From contig OZ076411.1 in NCBI GenBank assembly GCA_964187785.1, positions 46,190,001-46,254,000 of the forward strand: DNA of 64,000 nt, written 5' to 3'. Both the position numbers and the translations under genes were made by a program. The DNA comes from Amphiscolops sp. MND2022 (Eukaryota). Each line of letters starts with the position of its first letter. Position 1 is the stretch's first letter. The notes below the pieces were generated by a model, which saw only the letters and a program-made list of their open reading frames with translations, was not told the origin of the DNA and made no database searches. Positions 48,842 to 61,300 of the stretch are shown in pieces.

Positions 48842-50588
48842 TTATTCAGATTCGTCGTCTTCGTCTGGTAGGAAGAAAAGTTGTTCTTCATCGGCTACAT
48901 CTGATGATTGTAGATTAACCTCAATTGGTGACGTTAGAATGTCGTCTCGTAGTTTAAGTTGTACTTTCTCTTTCGGTGTGAGTTCAAGTCTGGAGAGAAA
49001 GTCAGCTGCTGTGTTCTGGGAGCCCGCTACGTGCATGATCCGAAATTTGAATTGTAGTACATAATCACAGGCATATCAGAGTGCAGGAGGTGTTGTTTTC
49101 GTCTGGAAGAATCTGGTTACTGAGCGGTTGTCTGTCAAGACCAGCGTTGGAATTGTTGTTTCCCATAGTATATGGCTGTATTCAAGGAAGGCATGGTAGA
49201 TTGCTAAGAATTTCTTGCAGTAGATGGATATTTTCATGATCATTTTCGATCATGATAGCGTAGCCTGAAGCACGAAAGCTTGCATTCGTCATTAGAACGT
49301 ACTGTTTTCCTGCTATGAGCTGTCTGAGTGCGAGTCCACAAGCTTCCGCTAAGCTGGCGTTAATTTCTTTAAAGTTATCTACAAGTTCTTCTGAGATTCT
49401 GATTTTGGAGTCTGCTTTGAGAAGTTCGTACATGCCAACGAGGTTTTCCGACAAGCGCGGTATGTAATTGCGGTAGTAGTTGACAAAACCAATATATTTT
49501 TGAACCTGCTTTTTGAATTTGGGGAAGCGGACTTTGGAGAGGAAATTTTTCACTTTTTGATCTTGCGGAGCTACTCCGTCGGGGGTGATGGTTCGGCCAA
49601 GATATTCAATTTGGGTTACTCCAAAGTGACATTTTTCGATGGTTAGTTTTAATCCTGCCTGTCTAATACACTTGAAGACTGCTTTGATGTTCTTTATGAG
49701 CTGTTCAGTTGTATTTGCGGCAATGCCAATGTCATCTACATATTGTGCACATTGGTCTGCCTTGATGACTGAATCCAGATACTCACGCATGAAGCTCGAA
49801 AAGGCTGATAGAGCTCTGCTTAGTCCTTGTGCCAGGCGACGGTAGGCGAACGTCCTACTAGCAAAATTGAAAGCAAGTAAATCTACTGACCTTTGATATG
49901 CCATTTGAAGGCAGTGGTACGCTTGGGAGCAGTCAAACTTGCAAAATTGTTTTTTCCCTGCTAGGTGTTGGGCCGCATCTGAGAGGGTGCTGACAGGGTG
50001 GTTGTTGTTGATGTAGTCATCTGCTATGAGTGCGTTGACTTTGCGCAGATCTAACAGTAGCCTCAGCTTGCCGTTGGGCTTTCGTTGTGCAAATATGGGA
50101 CTGGCGTACTTGGAGAAGAGGAGTGTCGTAATGATACCGTATCGATGCATGAGGGCCAGTTCCACAGTCAGATCTTCTTTCAGGTTGATGGGGACTGGTA
50201 GGCTTTGTGTGTAGACTGGTTTGTCGTCTTGTGGGGTTAGGCTGACTTTGAATTGCGTGTTCATCCCGATGTCTAGCCGGTGTCGAGCAAAGATGTCGTT
50301 GAATTCGACAATGGTGTCTTCAAGGTTTTTGCGGTCGTTACCCGTAATCAGTGAATCTGTCAATTTGAACATTGATAGAAATTTGTTTCGGGACTCTTCA
50401 TTTTCCGTTGGGTCGAGTTTTTCTAGGTCGGCAAGGTCTCGCAGTTCTTTCAAGATTCTTTTTTGTATGGGCGAGTGTTCTTGTTCATTGCCTGGGTGTT
50501 CTGGGGTTGGGAACCAGAATTTCTCTTCATTGTCTTCGGGCCGCTCTACTTGCATTAATTGCATTAATGTACGTGACCACATCGTCAT
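48842..50588 (-). pseudogene. pol: Reverse transcriptase and RNase H
   Basis: LRLLLDLRKVN, FDCSQAYH, LAQGL, QYVDDI. RNase H VLMTNASFRASGYA has the catalytic D changed to N. HVAGSQNTAADFLSR. Confidence 0.95.
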
Positions 50589-50743
50589 GTTCGGTGAGAA
50601 GATTCAGGGCGGCTATGTCGACTGGACGGATCATCTTTGTTTCTTCGGGTTTCAGGATTTGTAGTTCGGCTATTTTGGTGTCAGTAGCTATTGTGTATGG
50701 GAAATCCGTGGTATTGGCGATTTTAATTGGTACCTTTTTATCT

Positions 50744-51909
50744 CTAGCTGGTAATTGCTGGGGCTACTATTACTTTCGCGCATTCGTCAAATTGTGGTAA
50801 GGGTTGTATTGTGCCAGTTATTGAATGTTCGGTACTCACGGGGATTGTTGCGTAGATGATCCGGGTAGAGTGCGCTGGGATTGTGTGCTTGCCTTTGGTC
50901 TTTATTGTGATGGGCTTGGGATTGCACTTTTGTCTTTCATCTGTGAGTGCCATCGTGATTTGGATCTTAAGGAAGTCGATGGTTCCTTGTGCAGTGTCGA
51001 GAATTGCGGCGTGTTTACGTAGGAACGCTAATCCGATTATGGGAAATGATGTTTGAGTCATGATGATGAATGTTTCTTCAAAGGTGTAGTCCCCTATTTT
51101 GAAGCGTAGGGTGTACGTGGCGAGTGGTTGTTCTAATTCGGCATTAGCGTACTGTACTTTGAAAGGGGGTGGAGGTGCTTTTTGACAATACATTGATTAG
51201 CGTGCTGGCGGAGTTATTCAGTGTCTCTTTCACTAATAGCGTTAATGTACGCACCTGAGTCGACTAGGGGCACCGGGCGTCGATTTTGACTGTGTTGAAT
51301 TCGACTGGTAGAAAAAGCTTTCGTTTTTTCTTCTTGAGAGCGATGGCGGACATTAACGGAATGTAGTCGTCATCTTTGTCATGTTGGATGAATTCCTTGA
51401 TGGCATCTAAATCTTTGAGTTTTGAGGGACATTCCGTGATTTCTACGTCGTCGTTTGTCAGTGCTGTGACGGGCGCGATTTTTGGAGGAGTTACTGGAGG
51501 GTCGGCTTTCTCTCGTTTTCCTCTTTCTTGATGTGCCCATATTGTATGTATCTTCAATGCATATGATGTTCTCTGCGTCTATCGGTGTGGACGTGATGGT
51601 GACGGGTACTGTTGGGGATGGTGTTGTTCTTTTCAGGATCGGTGACAGCGTTGATGGTAAGTTTGTGATCTCCGTAGATTGGGCTTGAGGATTTGAGACT
51701 TGGATTTTGAAGGATAGTTTATTTGTGTCATAGATAGTTGGTTCATCCCAGGGGTCACATCTATAGTCTCTGTCATATATATAAATTCGTTCTGTTTTTG
51801 ATTCCGGCAACGGTCTTTTGAGTGTCGCATAGTTATCGGGCGACTCCGTTATCCACTGGGGTTGTGGTATTGGATCTTCTGGGTGTCTGGTGTTATGCCT
51901 GAGTATCAT
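50744..51909 (-). pseudogene. pol: Gag-pol spacer and aspartic protease, frameshifted
   Basis: ALVDSGAY at about 51270-51250 and PIIGLAFLRKH. Confidence 0.8.
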
Positions 51910-52052
51910 GCCTACGTTCCAACGGCGTTGCCAGTCTTGAGTTGGTTCTTCATTACATTCGGTTAAAAAATCATCCTCATATCTGTTTGGGGGGTCCTCT
52001 ATCGTGTACGCCCTCGCGTCTACTTTTTCCCCAAATCGTAGGCGCGGCGATT

Positions 52053-53459
52053 TCAGTTTTTTGGCTGGGAGGACGGTGTGGGTACGGATTGTTCACCAAT
52101 TTTGTTGGTTGGAATGGTGAATTCTCGTTTCTTCCTTCTGGGGTCATTTGCCGCATTAGCTCCGTTCCAACAGTTCTCAGTTTTGTGCACCTTTCCACAT
52201 GTATCACACTTGGGTTTGGGTGCTTCGTTTTGGGCTGGGTCTTTTGTGGTTGTTTTGGCGATATTGCAACGTTCTCGTTGGAGTTTGCGACACTGTGCTT
52301 TATAGTGGCCATATTTGCCACAGTGAAAGCAATGACCTCGTTGCTGTTGGTCTTTTTTATTGTCCGTCACTACAGCGTCCACTGTGTTGAGTGGGACTAG
52401 GGTTGTTTCATCAGGCGCACCTAGTCCATTTAATCTCATCTCCCTCTCAAGATGCAAAACTATGTCGTTGTAGGGCTTATTTTCCAAATATGCCCCGTTG
52501 AGGATCTTTTTGACGTGATCCGGCATTTTGGCGTATATTGCCTTATCAATGAATCTTTGCGCTTCGGAACCGAACACTTCTTTCGCAGTTTTTTGCAGGG
52601 TGTCAAGGAACTCATGGAGTTTCTGTTTAGTGGGGTCAAAATGCAGCGCATCCCACTCGCATCTTGCCTTAGCAGATGAATGGAAGCTGCCAAAACGACG
52701 TTTGAATGCCGTTATGACTTCTTCTATGTTGTCTTTTTTAGTGTCGTCTAGATTGCAATACGCTGGTAGCGCGTTTCCTCGTAGGAGTGAGTGGAAGTAG
52801 TTGATCCTTTGTATCTCGGTTAAGTGAGGGTACATTTTGATAATATTTCGGAATAGGTCCTCAAAAAGTTCAAACTTTTCGGACTTACCATCGAAGACTG
52901 GAAGCGAAGCAGTGAGTCCTTTCAGCATCGGAAGTAGATTGGTAGATGGAAATGTCTGCGGTTGTGGCGCGAACAGTATTTTAGATGTTAAAGGACGGTC
53001 TTTTGTTTGCTCGCTGGATGCACGTTGTTGTTTCGGTCTTTTCGTGGGTTGGTTGGTAGAGTCATTGAAGACTCCTGTCACCATGTTACGACTATTTACC
53101 GGTGTTGTTTTAGGGATAGTCGCAGTGTGTATCTTAACGGGAGTGGATGTCCTTGTTACGAGAACACTTTCGGGTTCAGAATCAGAGTCTTGAACGTTCA
53201 TGTGGACAGGTTTTTTCTTGTTTAAAGGTGCTATCAGTTTAAGCATTTCTTTTTGGTTCTCTGCAAGTATTTTTGTTAAATCAGACATGATTTCTTTCCT
53301 TAGAGACGTTCTTATCTCAATCAGACTCTCAGGTTCTATTCTAGAATCTTTGCTAGAGCTAGCTACAAGCTTTTCAGACGGAGAGTTTTCAGTTACAGAG
53401 GTTTCAAAATCTCCAGAAACTAACTCAGCTACAGCTTTCCTTTTCTGGCTTCTAGTCAT
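52053..53459 (-). CDS. gag: Gag (468 aa), intact ORF, first 125 codons inside the 5' LTR
   Basis: LPVFDGKSEKFELFEDLF capsid-like region; CFHCGKYGHYKAQC zinc knuckle and a second CDTCGKVHKTENC motif. Confidence 0.9.
   Translation of the reverse strand: MTRSQKRKAVAELVSGDFETSVTENSPSEKLVASSSKDSRIEPESLIEIRTSLRKEIMSDLTKILAENQKEMLKLIAPLNKKKPVHMNVQDSDSEPESVLVTRTSTPVKIHTATIPKTTPVNSRNMVTGVFNDSTNQPTKRPKQQRASSEQTKDRPLTSKILFAPQPQTFPSTNLLPMLKGLTASLPVFDGKSEKFELFEDLFRNIIKMYPHLTEIQRINYFHSLLRGNALPAYCNLDDTKKDNIEEVITAFKRRFGSFHSSAKARCEWDALHFDPTKQKLHEFLDTLQKTAKEVFGSEAQRFIDKAIYAKMPDHVKKILNGAYLENKPYNDIVLHLEREMRLNGLGAPDETTLVPLNTVDAVVTDNKKDQQQRGHCFHCGKYGHYKAQCRKLQRERCNIAKTTTKDPAQNEAPKPKCDTCGKVHKTENCWNGANAANDPRRKKREFTIPTNKIGEQSVPTPSSQPKN
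53070..53083 (-). promoter_or_regulatory. Primer-binding site TGGTGACAGGAGTC (tRNA-Leu-like), embedded in the gag reading frame
   Basis: TGG directly after the LTR terminus CGTAACA. One mismatch to the TGGTGTCAGGAGT tRNA-Leu PBS. The tRNA identity is inferred. Confidence 0.8.
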
Positions 53460-55345
53460 TTTTGCAGTTAGAAAAGTAGATTCTCCGGCAAAAGGTGAAT
53501 TCTTCGAAGAAGATTTTTGTTCAACGTTAAAACAACGAAACAGTGTAAGTTTATTACAACTCCCGAAGTTACCTAACTAAATTTACATGTCCTGTCTAAG
53601 TATTTATACCTTCTTAGCATCATTTGTTCCTCACCTAAAAATTCCTAGGTATCATAAAAATTGAGTTTGTTCATCAAAAAGCGCTAATATTTCAAATTAT
53701 TCCAGTCCCGCGTCATGAAATCAGGTATCAAAATTCCTAGTTGCGTCAGTATTCCGTAAATTTCCGTTGAAATCATTTTTGTTCAGGTGATCCATTTCCT
53801 GTCTAAGCCTTAAAATTGCGGCAAAATAAAAGTCTAACTTATATTTTCATCGGCGTAGGCACGCCGGCGTGATCAATTAGTCAATTCCTAACTCAAGAAA
53901 GTTGAGATTCGAAGCAAAAGAATGACTCGCAAAAATTGTAGCAGAACTGAAACGGAGCAAAAGGAATTTGAGAATGCGGATAATCGGATATTATTGAGGA
54001 ACAAGCAATGCTAAGAAAAATATAAAGATGACCAACAATTAATTTGTGTAAATCGAACAACTGCATCTACAGTAAACTCAAATTTGACCTATACATGGTC
54101 ATAACGTAGCAAGTACAAACTACAAAGTTCAAACAGGTTGGAAAAAATACACCTGCAGACAACAGTTACTTTGCACCCGAATGAACATCGTATATGAATA
54201 AATAAGACAGTTATCCTGCAGGAATAGCACTTGGTTTGGATTTGACGTTAATCTTACGTTACGTTCTGTGAAAGGTTTTAGCGATAAGTCACTAATTACT
54301 GATTACATAAAACTCTTAGTGTAACGTAGGATAAACGTGATTTAGGAGCTTATTGTACTAGCACAGCATCGTTACCCTTTGATCATAGTTTTCACTTCTC
54401 TTTACGGTACAACTTTTTACATGAGGACTTATTTCCAGAATCCTTCAAGTGTGTCGATTCAGAAAAAACCTCGTTTGTTTTTCGTTCAAACTAATGCTTC
54501 ATCGCTACTATTTTACGTATTGCTCCGTAGGTGCTCCGTACGTATTGAGATCAACTATAGCTGAGCGGCGGAATACAATTTTACAATTCGCTCCGTAGCT
54601 GCTCCGTACGTATTAAGAATAGTTATAGCCAAGCAGCAGTAGCAGACGGAGTTAAAGCGGAGAGCTTAATCGAATTCATTCTTTCTTTTAGCTAATTGGC
54701 GTTGCTAGGGGCAACCAATCGTGGTTTCTATAAGCTGGAGCTCAAATAATTCAACTAAGGAGCGACGCTATTGGTCCGTAAAAATAGAAACACCTATTAC
54801 CAGCTTAGTTGAGTGACGCAGTCAAGGCGTTCCAAACATTCTCTTAAGTTGCTTGATTGCATTCTTAAGTGAATATTGACAACCATTTAACCGCCGGAAA
54901 ACACTTCCACTATTCTGTCTGTAAGTTCTTTCAATTTAGATCGTATGCACTCCGTTGGGATCTCGGAGTTGAGTATTATTTTCGATGTTTTCATTTTAGT
55001 GTGGAACAGAAGAAAAATGATCCCGATTAGAGAATGTTTCTGTCCTAATGTTTAGATTAGTAGGCTAAAATCAGAAGACAATACCGGAAATGAGAGTAGC
55101 GTTACGCGTGAAAATATTTGACCGGAAGTTTTAACTAGTTTAGAATCATTTCTGAAAATACTCCGTAATGCTTACGTTGGATTTTCACCTTCGGAAAATT
55201 ACTTGCAATTAATTTAGCTGTACTGTAAAGAGAGTTTAGGTTAGTTTATCAAAGTTTCTAAGTTCAATGATATTTACCTCGGCCTTGTCCTCGGCCTCTG
55301 CCAAATCCTGGGATGCTACTGCAACAGGTGAAATCACGACCGGGA
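53084..55345 (-). repeat. Truncated 5' LTR (2262 bp retained)
   Basis: Matches 39958-42203. Homology stops abruptly at acgaccggga|. Confidence 0.9.
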
Positions 55346-58300
55346 GCGGTTCCTGACAAGTACTTAGCAGCCAAACCGATAAGGACGAAGAATGAACCGG
55401 ATAGCGCTTCATGTTCCCGCTCCCGTGTTTTGAATTTGTGCAAGAAAGTCTTTTTATACTGACATCCCAAGATTTTTCTTCAACCTTTGCAGCATCTGAC
55501 TTTTTGGGAGCAATTATGGAACCTATTTTAAACGTTGACCCAATTTTAGCTGATTGAATTTCCTCTAAGTGTGTCAATTTCAGATTGATTTTTACAGCAA
55601 CACTTTCTACTGCATAGCTCTGACAAAATTGTGTTTAGGGCTTCCTCGGGATCCTTTTTGAAATCTGTGAAAATGGAGGATTGCTTCTCACGTTTCTTTT
55701 AAGGTCATTTTCTTATCGTAACATCAACCCAAAGACAAGTTTCTAAAATAGACATGTAATTGCGTCAAAAAACCAATCAGAAGTTGTGCTAAAACAACCG
55801 ATTTTTTGGATATTGTCCCATGTGTCTTCTAGTCTGGAAATTTCTCCGCTTTTAGGCAATGCCATTTCCGTCTAAAGCTACAAATTCTATTGTTTGAGGA
55901 AGCTGAAGTCGACAAAATCTCCCAGCATTTCGTTGTTTGGACCTTTCTCTCGTTTCTTCGGAAAACGATGTCTTTTTGATGTTTTTGAAACAATCGCGCT
56001 ACTGTAAAAGTATCAAATAAACATTTTGTGTCAATTCGTAGCTGCTTTCGTTTTGTTTATTTTGATTTGGAAAAAAATAGTGTGGAACAGAAGAAAAATG
56101 ATCCCGATTAGAGAATGTTTCTGTCCTAATGTTTAGATTAGTAGGCTAAAATCAGAAGACAATACCGGAAATGAGAGTAGCGTTACGCGTGAAAATATTT
56201 GACCGGAAGTTTTAGCTAGTTTAGAATCTTTTCTGAAAATATTCCGTAATGCTTACGTTGGATTTTCACATTCGGAGAATTACTTGCAATTAATTTAGCT
56301 GTACAGTAAAGAGAGTTTAGGTTAGTTTATCAAAGTTTCTAAGTTCAATGATAATTACCTCGGCCTTGTCCCCTGCCTCTGCCAAATCCTGGGATGCTAC
56401 TGCAACAGATGAAATCACGACCGGGAGCGGTTCGTGACCAGTACTTAGCAGCCAAACCGATAAGGACGAAGAATGAACCGGATAGCGCTTCATGTTCCCG
56501 CTCCCGTGCTTTGAGTTTGTGCAAGAAAGTCTTTTTATACTGACATCCCAAGATTTTTCTTCAACCTTTGCAGCATCTGACTTTTTAGGAGCAATTATGG
56601 AACCTATTTTAAACGTTGACCCAATTTTAGCTGATTGAATTTCCTCTAAGTGTGTCAATTTCAGATTGAATTTTACAGCAACACTTTCTACTGCATAGCT
56701 CTGACAAAATTGTGTTTAGGGCTTCCTCGGGATCTTTTTTGAAATCTGTGAAAATGGAGGATTGCTTCTCACGTTTCTTTTAAGGTCATTTTCTTATCGT
56801 AACATCAACCCAAAGACAAGTTTCTAAAATAGACATGTAATTGCGTCAAAAAACCAATCAGAAGTTGTGCTAAAACAACCGATTTTTTGGATATTGTCCC
56901 ATGTGTCTTCTAGTCTGGAAATTTTTCCGCTTTTAGGCAATGCCATTTCCGTCTAAAGCTACAAATTCTATTGTTTGAGGAAGCTGAAGTCGACAAAATC
57001 TCCCAGCATTTCGTTGTTTGGACCTTTCTCTCATTTCTTCGGAAAACGATGTCTTTTTGATGTTTTTGAAACAATCGCGCTACTGTAAAAGTATCAAATA
57101 AACATTTTGTGTCACTTCGTAGCTGCTTTCGTTTTGTTTATTTTGATTTGGAAAAAAATAGTGTGGAACAGAAGAAAAATGATCCCGATTAGAGAATGTT
57201 TCTGTCCTAATGTTTAGATTAGTAGGCTAAAATCAGAAGACAATACCGGAAATGAGAGTAGCGTTACGCGTGAAAATATTTGACCGGAAGTTTTAGCTAG
57301 TTTAGAATCTTTTCTGAAAATATTCCGTAATGCTTACGTTGGATTTTCACATTCGGAGAATTACTTGCAATTAATTTAGCTGTACTGTAAAGAGAGTTTA
57401 GGTTAGTTTATCAAAGTTTCTAAGTTCAATGATAATTACCTCGGCCTTGTCCCCTGCCTCTACCAAATCCTGGGATGCTACTGCAACAGATGAAATCACG
57501 ACCGGGAGTGGTTCGTGACCAGTACTTAGCAGCCAAACCGATAAGGACGAAGAATGAACCGGATAGCGCTTCATGTTCCCGCTCCCGTGCTTTGAGTTTG
57601 TGCAAGAAAGTCTTTTTATACTGTCATCCCAAGATTTTTCTTCAACCTTTGCAGCATCTGACTTTTTAGGAGCAATTATGGAACCTATTTTAAACGTTGA
57701 CCCAATTTTAGCTGATTGAATTTCCTCTAAGTGTGTCAATTTCAGATTGATTTTTACAGCAACACTTTCTACTGCATAGCTCTGACAAAATTGTGTTTAG
57801 GGCTTCCTCGGGATCTTTTTTGAAATCTGTGAAAATGGAGGATTGCTTCTCACGTTTCTTTTAAGGTCATTTTCTTATCGTAACATCAACCCAAAGACAA
57901 GTTTCTAAAATAGACATGTAATTGCGTCAAAAAACCAATCAGAAGTTGTGCTAAAACAACCAATTTTTTGGATATTGTCCCATGTGTCTTCTAGTCTGGA
58001 AAATTCTCCGCTTTTAGGCAATGCCATTTCCGTCTAAAGCTACAAATTCTATTGTTTGAGGAAGCTGAAGTCGACAAAATCTCCCAGCATTTCGTTGTTT
58101 GGACCTTTCTCTCATTTCTTCGGAAAACGATGTCTTTTTGATGTTTTTGAAACAATCGCGCTACTGTAAAAGTATCAAATAAACATTTTGTGTCACTTCG
58201 TAGCTGCTTTCGTTTTGTTTATTTTGATTTGGAAAAAAAAGTGTGGAACAGAAGAAAAATGATCCCGATTAGAGAATGTTTCTGTCCTAATGTTTAGATT

Positions 58301-61300
58301 AGTAGGCTAAAATCAGAAGACAATACCGGAAATGAGAGTAGCGTTACGCGTGAAAATATTTGACCGGAAGTTTTAGCTAGTTTAGAATCTTTTCTGAAAA
58401 TATTCCGTAATGCTTACGTTGGATTTTCACATTCGGAGAATTACTTGCAATTAATTTAGCTGTACTGTAAAGAGAGTTTAGGTTAGTTTATCAAAGTTTC
58501 TAAGTTCAATGATAATTACCTCGGCCTTGTCCCCTGCCTCTGCCAAATCCTGGGATGCTACTGCAACAGGTGAAATCACGACCGGGAGCGGTTCGTGACA
58601 AGTACTTAGCAGCCAAACCGATAAAGACGAAGAATGAACCGGATAGAACTTCATGTTCCCGCTCCCGTGTTTTGAATTTGTGCAAGAAAGTCTTTTTATA
58701 CTGACATCCCAAGATTTTTCTTCAACCTTTGCAGCATCTGACTTTTTAGGAGCAATTATGGAACCTATTTTAAACGTTGACCCAATTTTAGCTGATTGAA
58801 TTTCCTCTAAGTGTGTCAATTTCAGATTGATTTTTACAGCAACACTTTCTACTGCATAGCTCTGACAAAATTGTGTTTAGGGCTTCCTCGGGATCCTTTT
58901 TGAAATCTGTGAAAATGGAGGATTGCTTCTCACGTTTCTTTTAAGGTCATTTTCTTATCGTAACATCAACCCAAAGACAAGTTTCTAAAATAGACATGTA
59001 ATTGCGTCAAAAAACCAATCAGAAGTTGTGCTAAAACAACCAATTTTTTGGATATTGTCTCATGTGTCTTCTAGTCTGGAAATTTCTCCGCTTTTAGGCA
59101 ATGCCATTTCCGTCTAAAGCTACAAATTTTATTGTTTGAGGAAGCTGAAGTCGACAAAATCTCCCAGCATTTCGTTGTTTGGACCTTTTTCTCATTTCTT
59201 CGGAAAACGATGTCTTTTTGATGTTTTTGAAACAGTCGCGCTACTGTAAAAGTATCAAATAAACATTTTGTGTCAATTCGTAGCTGCTTTCGTTTTGTTT
59301 ATTTTGATTTGGAAAAAAATAGTGTGGAACAGAAGAAAAATGATCCCGATTAGAGAATGTTTCTGTCCTAATGTTTAGATTAGTAGGCTAAAATCAGAAG
59401 ACAATACCGGAAATGAGAGTAGCGTTACGCGTGAAAATATTTGACCGGAAGTTTTAGCTAGTTTAGAATCTTTTCTGAAAATATTCCGTAATGCTTACGT
59501 TGGATTTTCACATTCGGAGAATTACTTGCAATTAATTTAGCTGTACTGTAAAGAGAGTTTAGGTTAGTTTATCAAAGTTTCTAAGTTCAATGATAATTAC
59601 CTCGGCCTTGTCCCCTGCCTCTGCCAAATCCTGGGATGCTACTGCAACAGATGAAATCACGACCGGGAGCGGTTCGTGACAAGTACTTAGCAGCCAAACC
59701 GATAAGGACGAAGAATAAGGCGGATAGCGCTTCATGTTCCCGCTCCCGTGCTTTGAGTTTGTGCAAGAAAGTCTTTTTATACTGACATCCCAAGATTTTT
59801 CTTCAACCTTTGCAGCATCTGACTTTTTAGGAGCAATTATGGAACCTATTTTAAACGTTGACCCAATTTTAGTTGATTGAATTTCCTCTGAGTGTGTCAA
59901 TTTCAGATTGATTTTTACAGAAACACTTTCTACTGCATAGCTCTGACAAAATTGTGTTTAGGGCTTCCTCGGGATCTTTTTTGAAATCTGTGAAAATGGA
60001 GGATTGCTTCTCACGTTTCTTTTAAGGTCATTTTCTTATCGTAACATCAACCCAAAGACAAGTTTCTAAAATAGACATGTAATTGCGTCAAAAAACCAAT
60101 CAGAAGTTGTGCTAAAACAACCGATTTTTTGGATATTGTCCCATGTGTCTTCTAGTCTGGAAATTTCTCCGCTTTTAGGCAATGCCATTTCCGTCTAAAG
60201 CTACAAATTCTATTGTTTGAGGAAGCTGAAGTCGACAAAATCTCCCAGCATTTCGTTGTTTGGACCTTTCTCTCATTTCTTCGGAAAACGATGTCTTTTT
60301 GATGTTTTTGAAACAATCGCGCTACTGTAAAAGTATCAAATAAACATTTTGTGTCAATTCGTAGCTGCTTTCGTTTTGTTTATTTTGATTTGGAAAAAAA
60401 TAGTGTGGAACAGAAGAAAAATGATCCCGATTAGAGAATGTTTCTGTCCTAATGTTTAGATTAGTAGGCTAAAATCAGAAGACAATACCGGAAATGAGAG
60501 TAGCGTTACGCGTGAAAATATTTGACCGGAAGTTTTAGCTAGTTTAGAATCTTTTCTGAAAATATTCCGTAATGCTTACGTTGGATTTTCACATTCGGAG
60601 AATTACTTGCAATTAATTTAGCTGTACTGTAAAGAGAGTTTAGGTTAGTTTATCAAAGTTTCTAAGTTCAATGATAATTACCTCGGCCTTGTCCCCTGCC
60701 TCTGCCAAATCCTGGGATGCTACTGCAACAGGTGAAATCACGACCGGGAGCGGTTCGTGACAAGTACTTAGCAGCCAAACCGATAAAGACGAAGAATGAA
60801 CCGGATAGAGCTTCATGTTCCCGCTCCCGTGTTTTGAATTTGTGCAAGAAAGTCTTTTTATACTGACATCCCAAGATTTTTCTTCAACCTTTGCAGCATC
60901 TGACTTTTTAGGAGCAATTATGGAACCTATTTTAAACGTTGACCCAATTTTAGCTGATTGAATTTCCTCTAAGTGTGTCAATTTCAGATTGATTTTTACA
61001 GCAACACTTTCTACTGTATAGCTCTAACAAAATTGTGTTTAGGGCTTCCTCGGGATCCTTTTTGAAATCTGTGAAAATGGAGGATTGCTTCTCACGTTTC
61101 TTTTGAGGTCATTTTCTTATCGTAACATCAACCCAAAGACAAGTTTCTAAAATAGACATGTAATTGCGTCAAAAAACCAATCAGAAGTTGTGCTAAAACC
61201 ACCGATTTTTTGGATATTGTCCCATGTGTCTTCTAGTCTGGAAATTTCTCCGCTTTTAGGCAATGCCATTTCCGTCTAAAGCTACAAATTTTATTGTTTG

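Larger units (their letters stand above)
39958..55345 (-). mobile_element. Large Ty3/gypsy LTR retrotransposon: truncated 5' LTR (55345-53084), interior (53083 to about 46859), candidate ~6.9-kb 3' LTR (about 46858-39958)
   Basis: 39958-42203 and 53084-55345 are direct repeats (about 95% in a hand-compared 190-bp stretch), both ending CGTAACA. The 5' copy is followed by a TGG PBS and the 3' copy by flank. Complete gag-PR-RT-RH-IN lies between them. Confidence 0.9.

Noticed and set aside
49639-53580. Multiple plus-strand ORFs opposite gag-pol
   Set aside because: Antisense shadows of long coding frames, lacking the splice and phase evidence seen for 43186-46707.
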